Below, one piece after another: positions 50,269 to 61,464 of a stretch of DNA of 64,000 nucleotides (positions are counted from its first letter, which is position 1; each line of letters begins with the position of its first letter). The DNA lies in assembly GCA_946965045.2 (NCBI GenBank), contig OX337235.1, forward strand, positions 124,001-188,000, in the 5' to 3' direction. Below the pieces are notes generated by a model. It was not told where the DNA came from, searched no databases, and saw nothing but the letters and a program-made list of their open reading frames with translations. Made by a program: the position numbers and the translations under genes. The stretch is from Epithemia pelagica (Eukaryota > Protista > Bacillariophyta).

Positions 50269-51637
50269 ATGTTCATCAATCCACGTTCCGTCGTCGCAAC
50301 AACCACCGCAACCGCTTTGTTAGCAAACGGTTTTGGTGGCTTCTTGTCGATGATTCCCGCCTGCCAAGCCCAAGGAGCCAACGAGCCGTACGTTTGGGAT
50401 TTTGGTTTCTCGGAAAACATCCATGTCGATGGGGATTGTAATTACAGGTTGGAATTTACGCTGAAGCACAACGAGGACTTGCCGATCGGATGGACTCCAT
50501 CGAATTCGGAGATTGGAGCCTTGGAAAACTGCTACGTTTACAACGAAACCGGAGATTTCGTCGGCTTCTCGAACGCAACGGCCGAAATCGATGGAGTATC
50601 CTACCTGTTTCCCCGTCAAGATTACTATGAGTTCTCCGCCGAGGTGACGGCCGCGACCGGGCTTTTTGGCATTAACATCGACTTTAGTCCTTGCGGCCAT
50701 ATTCCCTTGGAAGCGTACGGCAGAGCGCACTACAACTATCATATTTACTATGTCGATCAAGTGTATCGTACAGGCACCATGAACTGTGATGGTGCTCCGC
50801 TATTCTGCGTGCCCCTAGAGGATCAAACGACACCCGAGGGAAAAGGTACGTAGTCAAGGCGAACCATTCTTGTTGATGTTGCTGCTGCTGCTGTTTCTTT
50901 TACTCCGTGGAATGAATAGTGTTGTCTCTATCAATACTAGTCTTACATTGTTTTGCTATCATCTAATCATCTGTTTGCTTGTATTTTCGTTCCCTTCGAA
51001 TCAAACCGAATTCATTTCATTCATTCATTACCATGCTGCAGCGTTCTACGAAATTGATTACACCGACGGAGAAGGATCAACAATTCGTAACATGCCCGAG
51101 GGTTTCGTTGTCGACCCTCGCACCGCATTCCCCAATATGGGAATCCATGCGTGGAAAGTATCCGACGACCCTGATGATGTGTCGACCTGGTCTGAACCCA
51201 GGTTGTGGATGGGCTCGTACGACAAGGACATCGCGTATCTCGAACCTATGTTCCCCCTGGAATTCGTGACGGGTGACGAAGACAACACGTGGGAAATCAC
51301 GCCAACGTACGTCGAACAAACGATCCCGTCGCTTCCCTCGAAGATCGGCATGTACTACAATGCCGAGACCGGGATTCTAACGAACTATCTAGAAGGGAAA
51401 AGCGAGGTTTGCATCATCGGAACTATCGACTGCGATAGCATTGATACCAAGAATGAATGCAACAAAAAATTTGGTTGTTTGTGGCAGCGGAAGAAGAATA
51501 AGAATAACTGCGGTCATGCCAAGACCAATACCGAATGCAAGAAGTATCGCAACAAAGAAAAGTGCAAGAAACGTGGTTGCGTCTGGAACAAGAAGGCGGA
51601 TGATGATAAGTGCAAGAGTCGTTGGGAAAAGCTTTAA
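50269..51637 (+). CDS. Secreted DUF5602/TTHB210-like protein with C-terminal Cys/Lys repeats; exons 50269-50845, 51042-51637
   Basis: Signal-like N-terminus; FSPCGH.P..AYG.AHYNYHIY and NMGIHAW motifs. GT-AG intron 50846-51041 joins in frame (EGK|AFYE). Two C..(6-7)C....C.W repeats. Confidence 0.75.
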
Positions 51638-51789
51638 CACCTCAATTCAAGAAGAAACATTGTCGTGTGGTGCGTGCAACAACTCGAACAAACAAACAAG
51701 ATCTGCAGTATGATGATAACAATTATTACATAAAAATAACCAAAGTAGCATTGTGCATGGAAAATTCACATAAGAGAAATAATAATAAT

Positions 51790-52860
51790 TCAGTTTGTTA
51801 ACATGCAGCAGAACCAAAGCCACATACAGATTAGATTTCCAGCTTCCGTGCTTCCTTCCTTTGCTTGCCTGCTTCGCTCAGGACTGTGCCCTGCTATGGC
51901 AGCCCGCTGGCTGCACTTGGAGGTGCTGCGCCTTATTGGGCTGCATCGATCCAATGCTCCCTCCGGCTGCGCCTTCCTAGTGGTGGCCCTTTTCTGCTTA
52001 GTATTATTCGGATTTTGCTATTCTGAATACTAATATGCTGCAGCTACCTACATGGGTGGCGGCCACCATGCGCCCATGGGTACTGGCCGCTGCCACTCTA
52101 GCGCATTGCTAGCTCATCCATCTAGCCTGGCTCCACAGCTCGGGGATTTTAAAATCATGCCATGCCTATGGAGTCCCATGGCTGATAGCCCATGGGATCA
52201 GCCAGCCTAGTAGCTTTGTAGCTTAGTGTAATCTAATATTGTGAGCTTAAGGGGGGGGGGGCCTGCAGCGCGGTATGGGAGAGCGCGGCTGCAAAGGGGT
52301 GCCCCCCAAGTGCCATTCCGCGGCATGCTTCCACCATTGCATTCATTGCCTTACACAATTCCAGCTGCTCCTGCGCCTCCTTGCAAGCTTTGCGCTGCGC
52401 TACTGCCGCCTCCTCCGCCATTGGCGGCGGCGGCTTGCTCTTGCTTACTTTTACTTGCTGGGCCGGCGCTGGTGCCCTGCTGCTGAGGCTACCAATGCGG
52501 CGGCGCTTCGCCACTCCACCGCTGAGCGCGGCTCGCCGGCGCTTGCCATTGCCACTGTGCCTTACTCTAGGCCTGGCTGGCTCCCATGAAGCCTCGCCAC
52601 GCTTGCTGCGCTTCGCTCCCAGCCTGCTTAGCGCACCTGCTGCATCATTATCTTTGCCAGCAGCATGCACAAGCTTTGGATGAAGCTCCTCCAGCAATAG
52701 CCTCCATCTAGTAAGCCTTTGGGAAGGCAGCTTCTTGCAGAGCAAGCTGAGATGGCCAGCACGCGCTGCAGCACCCACCCTAAGCAATGCTCCCTCAGAG
52801 GCCTTGCGCCCCCCGGCTATGCCTAGCATTTCCCGCTCGCCGGCGTTGGGGGATTGCCAA
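51790..52860 (-). mobile_element. Hypermutated Ty3/gypsy remnant (RNase H region ~52610-52850)
   Basis: GEREMLGI...AGHLSLLCKKLPSQRLTRWRLLLEELHPKLVHAAGKDNDAAGALSRL matches gypsy RNase H (E.ELL...TDH.NL.Y...SQR..RWRLLLEEF...H.AGKDN..ADALSR). Catalytic residues are lost. Confidence 0.85.
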
Positions 52861-54016
52861 GATTTGGGGGATTCGAGGTTGTGTTTTCGAGTTTTCAAGG
52901 GGACCATAACCTATTGGCTCAACCTCGAAACTCGAAACTCGATTTCAGAACTCAAAAACACATTCCCTGGACACAGGCCCTAAAGACGACATAGCTACCG
53001 GCACCAGGAATCCCTTGTCCCAAAATTTGGAGGTCGGCACTCGGCACGGGAGAACCGAGACAGTGACCGGAAAAAGATTAATAGGAGTATTACGGATTAC
53101 GGCAACAGAAGCCTGCGAACAAACTATCCATGGTCACTGAATTATTCAGCGGCTGAATACAATAACTTCCTTACCGGGAACACGCGAAACTATGTCGGCT
53201 ATGACCTCACGCGCCCTATGCTAGCAGACAAGGCAGCATTTTAGCTTAGTACTAGCTAAACAGCTCTAGTGCCTCGTCTCGGGTTGTGCCCATTTCGCCC
53301 TAGAAACACCCTTTGGGCACATAGTTTCAACTAGATAGAACATGATCAATATTAGGCCTACGACAACATGTGGATGCTCAAAGTTTTTCTTAAAGACATC
53401 CTCTGTCAACATTTGACCTTCCATTAGACCGGTATATTGCATATCTAGGTCATATGAGCACCTCCTTGGGGGGTGTTGTGCTCGATTTTTGGCTTGTGGG
53501 CACATGTGGGGACATGTGGGCACATGTGGGCACATTGTTTTGGAGAGTCGTACGACAGTCCTATGACCATGGTTGGATGTCGAAATCTTTAAGACATTCA
53601 GCAGACGACTTTAAAGCTTTTTTTTGTGCCATGGTCGACCTTAGGTCGACTTTCCAAACCTGTCCCGGACGGGTGTGGGATGCGCGATGCGCACTTTGGC
53701 GCGTCAATTCGGAACCCCGCGGCACGAAAAATCAAAAAATCTTGCGTGTTCGGCCCGTCCACTCTCATTCAACAATCCAACACCCAATTCTACAATGGTG
53801 TCGGACTTTTGAATAGTCCCCATCGGGACTGTTGCTTCATTTGATTGCAAGTCCGATGCACTCAAGAAATTGAAGCTTTGGGAAATGATCATTTCCAGAA
53901 GCTTCCATTTCTTGAGTGTAGCGGCAAAGACGACGTGGACAAGAACAACGCACAACGACGACAACATTCTTGGTGACAAGAACACAACATAAAGAACAGC
54001 AGCACCAGTGAGGACA

Positions 54017-57000
54017 ATGCCACCAGTATCAAGTCGCCTCTGTCCAGGATCCAGGGCATTCATCAAGGGAACAAGCCTGGAGCCGGTGATCATTGTACGA
54101 GCCCTCGGAAGCAGATCGTGGGAAGTCGAACGGCTCAGGAGCGACGGAACAAGAACGGGCGAGCTGCTGAAGAAGACATCCTACCAGCTGAAGAAGCCAC
54201 AACAAGGTGGAGAACAAGGGTTTCCAGCAGCTAACTCCTCGAGGAGTGGCTCCTCGTCCACAAACAACAATCGCAGCATTCCTCAACAACAACAAAGAGG
54301 AGGAGAACAACAACAAGAACAACAACAGGACGAGATTGTTGTCCAAGAAGCAAGTGATGGGAATGACGAAGTGGAAGTTGTGGCCAACACTGGTGGGATT
54401 CAAGAGCAGGATCATCCTCAAGAGCAAGTGCAGCAGGAACAACAAGGCGAGGAGGTGCTCGTCAATGTTAGTGAAGAAAGCAATGAACAAGTTGAGGTGG
54501 TCCGTCAGTCAAACAACAACGAACAGCAGGAGCAAGCAGCAACCCAACAACCTAATCAACCACCACCTACAACCACTCTGCAACGAGCAGCTGCGCAGAT
54601 TTCTCAGGCGCTGATGCGAGAAAACAGCAGCAGTAGCTTGACAAGTTCCAGCACTTGTGATCCTGTTCAGATCGAGGAGTCAAAGGAAGAGGAAGGAGAT
54701 CAAAACAATGCCCCTCCACAGATTCCTCCTGGTTCCATCCGTGTTGCTGATGACGATGTCTTGTCTGAGGTTTCATTGGATGATTATTTCGTTGGGATGG
54801 AGGATTTTCCATTCTTTGTTGCGGATGAGGAGGACGCAATTGACCCAAACAGTGCTGCGCTTGCTCGTGAGATTGAGAGCAGAGACGTGTACCGGGTCAA
54901 GCACCAACGATATGTGGCGCGAAAAAAGCAACTTGTCGACGAGAACTGGACAATCAACATCGAAGCTCCCAAAAGAAATGGGATCGAAATCGGCGACTTG
55001 GTTTTCGACCGCCACAACCGAGCACGTTTGGGCATTGTCGTTTCGAAACACCCAGATAGCATTCCTGGTAACCCTTTCTGGAACGTGCAGTTTTATGGTG
55101 AAAGCGATGTTGTAGAAAGACTCGCAGGGGGCAACCAAATTCGGTTGATTCACGACCACCGCACGTTTTCCTGGAGGATCGTCGATGGGGACTCTAAGCC
55201 CAACGATCCAGTGGAGGAGTTCAACGAAGTTGGAGTAATTGGATTCGATTTTCAGAAGTCCTTTTCAACGGCAAACCTGTCAATCGACAACCAGAACTAT
55301 GACTTCCCGTTTCTCAGGCTTTTGATGCACTTGTGGCCTGGTAAGTGTCTGATTGCTGAGTGGTGGTGTGTTACAGATTGCATTGTTGTGTGTTGTGTTC
55401 TTGTTGACTAACGGCTTGTCTTTGTTGAAAGGGAATTGGCGACAACAACTCAGCAAAATGAATACAACAATTGAAAAGCGAAATGAGGGTAGGACGAGGA
55501 GCCGCCACGTCCGACAGGTGACGGAACACGAGTGGTGGGTGTTTTGGGGCATTATCATCGGAGCATGCCCGTGCCATAAAGGGGACATCAATCTTTTTGA
55601 AGATGCCCCAGCATATCGCAAGTTCTCCCCCTCCATCAACGTCAGCAAAGGGGGAATGGACGTGATTTCAAAGACTCGCTTCTATGAAATCAAAGAAGTT
55701 ATGCATCACGCATTTGAAGGCAACAACCCGAGCAATCTGTGGAACAAGATCCAACCGTTGATGGACGGATTCAACAAGAATCGCCATCAAACGGTTGCGA
55801 CTTCGTCTACGGTCACGTTAGACGAGATTATGAGTCCTTTCCAACCAAGGACCACTCAAACGTCGACCTTGCCCCACCTCTCCTATATCCAACGAAAACC
55901 CAAACCGCTGGGCACGGAAATGAAGGTAAGTTACTTTCTTGCTCTGCCCAATTGTTGGTGCCTCGATCTAATCAAGTTGATTGCTGTTTGTACGTTGTGT
56001 GCACATCTACAACACAGGCGTCTGCTGACACAAAGACGGGGTGTCTGGTCTTCCTTGAAATACAGGAGGGGCAGATACCAATGCGGTTCAAGAAATACGT
56101 GGCAACCGTGGGAAACACAGCGGGCACGTCAGTTCGGTTGGTGGAAGGAGTCCAATTTTCTGGGCCGGCGATCATGGAGCGTGTCCAAGCCCAGCATGAG
56201 GGCAACATGCGATCGCTTATTTGTGCGGATTCCTGGTTTGGTAGTGTCAAAATGGTCGAGGCTATACAATGCCTGCACCAAAAACCAAGGACTCCAACAG
56301 CTCGTGACCGTCGACCCTACTATTTGGAGGTTGACAAAGAGCTTGGCCAAAACAGCAATGCACCGGATGTTATCTGTGCGATCAAAACCAACACAGGTTG
56401 GTTTCCGCACGAGCAGCTTCAGAAAGAGATGGAAGGGTATCCATCTGGAGCCTACCTCGTGATGGAATATAAGGCCCCAGGTACCAACGTTGACCTGGTG
56501 GCCATTGGCTACAAATACAATTCACGGAAGACGCTTACGTTTGCTATGTCAAAGAATGCGGAGACAACGGAACCTGGCTACCCCTACATCGCCAGGTTCC
56601 CCGACGAGCACGGAAACGTGCGGGAGCGACGTGTGCTCCGTCCAAAATGCCTCTCAGTGTACTTTGGAGTGTCCAACATCATAGACATCCACAACCATTT
56701 TCGACAAGGCATTCTTCGCCTTGAGATGTTCTGGAGGACGCCGAATCCGTGGTTCCGAATCGTCACAACAATCATCGGTTGCACTGTGGTTGATTGCTAC
56801 ATGGCAACGAAGTTCCACTTGGGGAGGCAGTTTGCCAGCTCATGCGGAGTCGAACGTTTTGCGGATTGCCTTGCATGGGATCTCGTAAACAACAAATTTA
56901 GCAATCAAGTCAATCCACAGGGCACCATCCGCCCCAACATTGTACCAAATTTCACGGGGGACCTCAACATTGCTGGAGCCAACAATGGTAGCATCACCGA

Positions 57001-57517
57001 GTTGATGCAGCAACTTTTGGCACAGATGGGTTCTGCTGCAGTCGGTCCAACCACGTTCCCCCACACAATTAGCCTTGTTTCCCCTGCAGAGTCTTTGTTG
57101 ACCGGCAGCACAAGCACGTCCGCAGCAGAGGACGATGCGAGCACCTCAACTGCTGGAGCATTCTCTTCTTGGTGTCTTCCAACGAACCAATCAACAACAC
57201 CATGGACATGTCCTCCAGTCACTGAGCATCGGCCAATCCCCAACCCGGAGAAGAGCATCGAGAATGGGAAATTACGGCCGATTGGTCGTCGGTGCGTCAT
57301 CTGTAAGATCAACAAGACAAGGTTTGTTTGTGGACATCCGTCCTGCATGAAGCAACAAAAGATTCGTAAAAAGAAAGGATCGGAAGAGATGTATACGATA
57401 TGTGGAGTTGCAGTTTGTCGCGAGAACGTGTTGCGCGATGGAATGAGTAGTACATGTGCTCAACTGCATCGACTCCAGATCCAACAAGAAGAAGCACGAC
57501 AGCAAAACGCGAATTGA
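54017..57517 (+). CDS. piggyBac-like transposase; exons 54017-55340, 55432-55925, 56018-57517
   Basis: TLDE, YIQRKPKPLGTEMK, ADSWFGSV and IIDIHNHFRQ (DDD triad) motifs; C-terminal RRCVIC...C..C...C..H Cys-rich domain. Two GT-AG introns give in-frame joins. Confidence 0.9.
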
Positions 57518-57634
57518 CACAAGAACTTGTTTATGATATGCATGGAATCTACATATGATTAGGAAACAACAGAACATAGTTATAAGAGACTGATTCTACT
57601 AAAGTTCTTACATTTTACGACCTGTTCAGTAGCT

Positions 57635-58219
57635 CTATGACAGCTTTTGCACTATGGCGTTGATGGCTTGCTCCTTTTTCTTTGGGTCGTCGCCTTCTAC
57701 TCCACAAAGCTTTTTGTTGACGAGTGACAACAGCGTGGTAGCTCCAACCACACTCATCTTAAGAGTGATGACCATTGGCCCCATGGTCATGACCGTATTA
57801 AGCGAATGTGTTGTCTCAATAACAATCTTGGTTTTCACAACTTTCCCACTGCTGGAGCGTAGGATTGAACCACTAAGTTGATTGTTCTTTATGTATGTGA
57901 TTGGAATCACGACATCCGGGAGAGAATCGTCCATCTTTTCACGGTCGAACATGCGAATTGAAAATAGGGTTTGGTTCTCAGACACATATGACCGCTGCAA
58001 GAGCACAACACCACGGTCAACAATCAACCGCCCGTCAGTTGTTGCGTCTTGATTGGGTGCCGACTTCACGTAGACGTTGACACCAGCTTCTCCAAACATT
58101 GTGACGGTTTCTCCAACTATGTCAAGCTCTTGACCGCCATCACAGACTACCACGAATCCATTCGCTAACTTCATCGTCTCAAACCTCTTGCTGCGCCCTC
58201 CATGTTTATTTTGCCCCAT
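57635..58219 (-). CDS. Hypothetical protein inside piggyBac-like element (194 aa)
   Basis: ATG-initiated, complex globular-looking beta-rich ORF convergent on the transposase; no domain recognised. Confidence 0.6.
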   Translation of the reverse strand: MGQNKHGGRSKRFETMKLANGFVVVCDGGQELDIVGETVTMFGEAGVNVYVKSAPNQDATTDGRLIVDRGVVLLQRSYVSENQTLFSIRMFDREKMDDSLPDVVIPITYIKNNQLSGSILRSSSGKVVKTKIVIETTHSLNTVMTMGPMVITLKMSVVGATTLLSLVNKKLCGVEGDDPKKKEQAINAIVQKLS

Positions 58220-58587
58220 CTTTGCCTGGATACAGTAGAACCAAGTACAACTTTTAGAAAATGCTCACAATCAAGATCAATCAACAGTCAGCTCAGTACG
58301 TACCAAATGTCCAGTGACAAGTCTCGAAAGGGGACCAGTAGATCTACGGGGACTGTTGTTCTTTTGCTTAGTCGGTGTTGGGTTGTTTTGTGTTTCTTTT
58401 CCGTTTTGTGAGAACACAGAACACGCTGGATTCGGGATCAGATCTTCGCGCCATCCGTTGCGCGGCGCGCACCAATTTTTGCCTAAGAAATTTCAATGGC
58501 CGGCGCATATTCGGAACCTATTTCCCGACACGACACACGAGCCCCATACCTCATTCTTCTGGACAACGGCTAAGATCAACAAGCAAC

Positions 58588-59190
58588 ATGTCGACAATGA
58601 TCAATGGGCGCCGCATCAGTTTGCGGAACCAACAGCGCAAAAAGATCTCGGATGGTGGGTTGTCAACGTCAATCACCATCCCCACTACTTTGGCATCCAA
58701 CCCCTCACCAACAGATGCACACATGTCCTCGTCGTTGTCCTCCAAACGCCACACAATCAAAGAAGAAGTTGCGGCCACGGCAACGTCCAAGAAGATGGTG
58801 CCAAGCAAGCGCCAGGTGAAAACCAACAAAGCACCCAGGTCGGTCAAGAAAAGCAAGAACAAGAAGCAAGCTCTGAAGGAGAGCACGAAGGCGGTCCATG
58901 TGGTGGAGGAGGAGATGAACAAGATGACTGTCGAAGCACCTGATAACAAGTTTGACATAATGATGACACTTCATTTCAACAACAAGGAAAACAGCAATCT
59001 ACCAAAGAATCAGTCAATGGGAGGATTGCCGAGTGACGATAAGATGTCTGGCGGTGGAAATGTTGCTTCCAAGGACGAGACGAGTGGACGAAATACGAAT
59101 CGCAACTCATCCGTCAGCGTGGATAGTAACCTCTCATTTGAGTTTGCCGAGACTCAAGAACCTTGTGTTTCCTACAAGTTTGAGTACTAG
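58588..59190 (+). CDS. Hypothetical Lys/Ser-rich protein inside piggyBac-like element (200 aa)
   Basis: ATG at 58588; basic low-complexity ORF divergent from 58219. Confidence 0.45.
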   Translation: MSTMINGRRISLRNQQRKKISDGGLSTSITIPTTLASNPSPTDAHMSSSLSSKRHTIKEEVAATATSKKMVPSKRQVKTNKAPRSVKKSKNKKQALKESTKAVHVVEEEMNKMTVEAPDNKFDIMMTLHFNNKENSNLPKNQSMGGLPSDDKMSGGGNVASKDETSGRNTNRNSSVSVDSNLSFEFAETQEPCVSYKFEY

Positions 59191-60086
59191 AGAGATAACA
59201 TATCCTTTATAGGTCTTCTTGTTTGTTACGATGTTTTCTTGCCATGAGACTGACAACTTCGTAGGAATTCTGCTGTGCACATCCCTGAAACAGACCTGTA
59301 GCTCGTCTTGATAGGACTCATACCAGGTAACGACGCGTCAATTTCATCAACAGCATACCAACTGTTGATTGAACAGCGCCATGGTGCCCAATCATTGCCA
59401 CCAGTGATTCTCTATCGGGGTGGGCACATTGGGCCAAAGTGTGCCCACATGCCTAAAATTGAGCACAACCCCCCAAAGGAGGTGCTCATATGACCTAGAT
59501 ATGCAATATACCGGTCTAATGGAAGGTCAAATGTTGACAGAGGATGTCTTAAAGAAAAACTTTGAGCATCCACATGTTGTCGTAGGCCTAATATTGATCA
59601 TGTTCTATCTAGTTGAAACTATGTGCCCAAAGGGTGTTTCTAGGCCGAAATGGGCACAACCCGAGACGAGGCACTAGTCCTTGTCGTTTTGGCGATTGTC
59701 TCTTGTTCAAAAGACCGGGGCAATAAAAACGGTGCACCCGGTATTAAGCCTCATGACACACACATGATGAAATTTTTGTCTTGTAATGTCCTACTTATCA
59801 ATCATTAGCATAGCCCGACGAATAATGTTGTGTAGACTACATAACTTCTCAGTCTTGTGACTTGTGAGCCATCGGTAAATAAGCTCAACGGCAAGGACTA
59901 AGCTGCTCGCAACAATAGGCTATAATATTCTTGAGCAGCCCAATTACCATTATTTGGTCTATTTAACAGTACATCCAGTACCTCTGTAGTACAACATTAC
60001 TGCAGAAGTACGAGTCGTGCTTCTATTATTTTGTCACGGTGCTCCCAGCTCCCACGGGATGGTTCTCGCAAACCTCACAAAATGAA

Positions 60087-60218
60087 GCGGACAAGACGAC
60101 AAGCGGACAAGATGAAGCGGACAAGACGACAAGCGGACAAGCGGACAAGCGGACAAGCGGACAAGACGATAAGCCGACAAGACGACAAGCCGACAAGCGG
60201 ACAAGACGACAAGCGGAC
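60087..60218 (+). repeat. Array of 8-mer variants (GCGGACAA/GACGACAA/GCCGACAA)
   Basis: About 16 consecutive units sharing GACAA, with one GATGAA interruption. Confidence 0.9.
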
Positions 60219-60881
60219 CGGCATGGTTTTTGTCGTGTTATTCTGGTTGCTATTTGTCGATGTATTCGGGCTATTGTTTTTAGTGTCTGGGCTATTGTTG
60301 AAATTATTGTTTTGTTCGATTATTTCTTTTTTGGACGTCATTTTTTCTGTTTATTGATTTTTGATGAGCTAGAAAATGTTAAATAATAGTGGAAATTCCT
60401 CTCGTCCAGAGTCCAGAGTCCAGAGTTGTGGTTATCCCCCTCCCTTACCAATCGGGTGGCGATATCAGGACTTAGCGCGAACCGCCTGACCCACAAACAA
60501 AGGACCAGCTAACTAAGATATAATGGTATCTGACAAGGTAACTCGTCACCGTAGGTAGTGTGATGAAAAGAATTTCTACTTATGTCGCGTCACCGCCTAA
60601 GGGCAGCTGGACGTAATGCAACAGTGTACCGATTTAACACTCCAAGGGGCACAAACCAGCACTAATTCTAAGGCTACAATATATGAAATATATCTCCCTT
60701 AGACCTTAGCAATACCACCGAACCAAAACTCACGGTTATCCTTCCTCCAAACTGTGCCCCAAGTTTCAGCCAGATATATCAGAGTTAGCGTGGATACTAA
60801 CTGAATTTGCTAGAAGCAAATGTAGTCTTCAACGCGTTTTCCGAATAAAGGAAATTATGAAGAGATCATGTATGAAACTAT

Positions 60882-61186
60882 TAGAGGTTGGACCAGCGAG
60901 CTCAAATCGATGCGGGTAGTTTACCCGCGCATCCCGGCCTTTGCGGTTCCAAGTACCCGCGTGTTCCGCAGTTCCGCACTACTATAGGATTTTATGTACT
61001 CTGCACAAATGTGACGTACGGGCGGTCAGACCTAGAGAGGACCAAATCGCTGCACCCCGCCTTTACTGTGCGTAGGTGCGAGTAGTGCGGATCGGAACCG
61101 CCAGTCTCTTTCGTTGCGGTGCCAGGGATCAGCACCGCGGATCCGCGGATCCGATCCGCAGCACCGCGGTGCGGGTCCAACCTCTA
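60882..61186. mobile_element. hAT-family MITE (305 bp)
   Basis: 13-bp perfect TIR TAGAGGTTGGACC; perfect 8-bp TSD GAAACTAT (60874-60881, 61187-61194); subterminal ATCCGCGG repeats. Confidence 0.95.
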
Positions 61187-61464
61187 GAAACTATGCAATG
61201 TGAAATCCATTGCTAGCGATCGGCTAGGATTCTCGCTAATGATTAGCGAGAATTTAGCGACGAAACAGCAAAATATTGGAAAAAATTAGAAATGCTAAGT
61301 AGACGTTCTCCTGTGGCATATACATCGGTAAAAATAGAAATATTTCGACGAGAAATCAAGACTAAAGGCAATATTCTCTTTATCATGTGTTGATATTATG
61401 CCAAATGTTCGGAGTTGGTTGGGATCATACTTATAGTATTGTATCTAGATAGTTTTCCCGAATG

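Larger units (their letters stand above)
45009..52980. mobile_element. Putative non-autonomous PIF/Harbinger-like element (~8 kb) carrying cargo
   Basis: About 60 bp imperfect inverted termini (GGCCCTGCGTCCAGGGAATGTGTTTTCGAGGTCTGAAATCGAGTTTCGAG versus the reverse complement of 52921-52980). TAA on both sides (45006-45008, 52981-52983). No Harbinger transposase seen inside. Confidence 0.6.
53270..59673 (+). mobile_element. piggyBac-like (DDE_Tnp_1_7/PGBD-type) transposon, 6.4 kb, ~235 bp TIRs, CTAG flanks
   Basis: Near-identical long TIRs (53270-53504 and 59440-59673) starting TGCCTCGTCTCGGG; CTAG at 53266-53269 and 59674-59677. Confidence 0.9.

Noticed and set aside
46392-52270. G15 (46392) and G11 (52251) tracts, each followed by c..ctgcagc, as polypurine tracts or LTR starts
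   Set aside because: Wrong strand for the minus-strand gypsy remnant, no TG...CA LTR pair, and similarity too short.
53266-53535. Duplicated 'MPKIEH...PETRH' ORFs at 53266-53535 and 59420-59677
   Set aside because: They are simply the two TIR copies, not genes.
60087-60218. CRISPR-like or telomeric array
   Set aside because: No unique spacers, the units are only 8 bp, the context is eukaryotic, and it is not a TTAGGG-type repeat.
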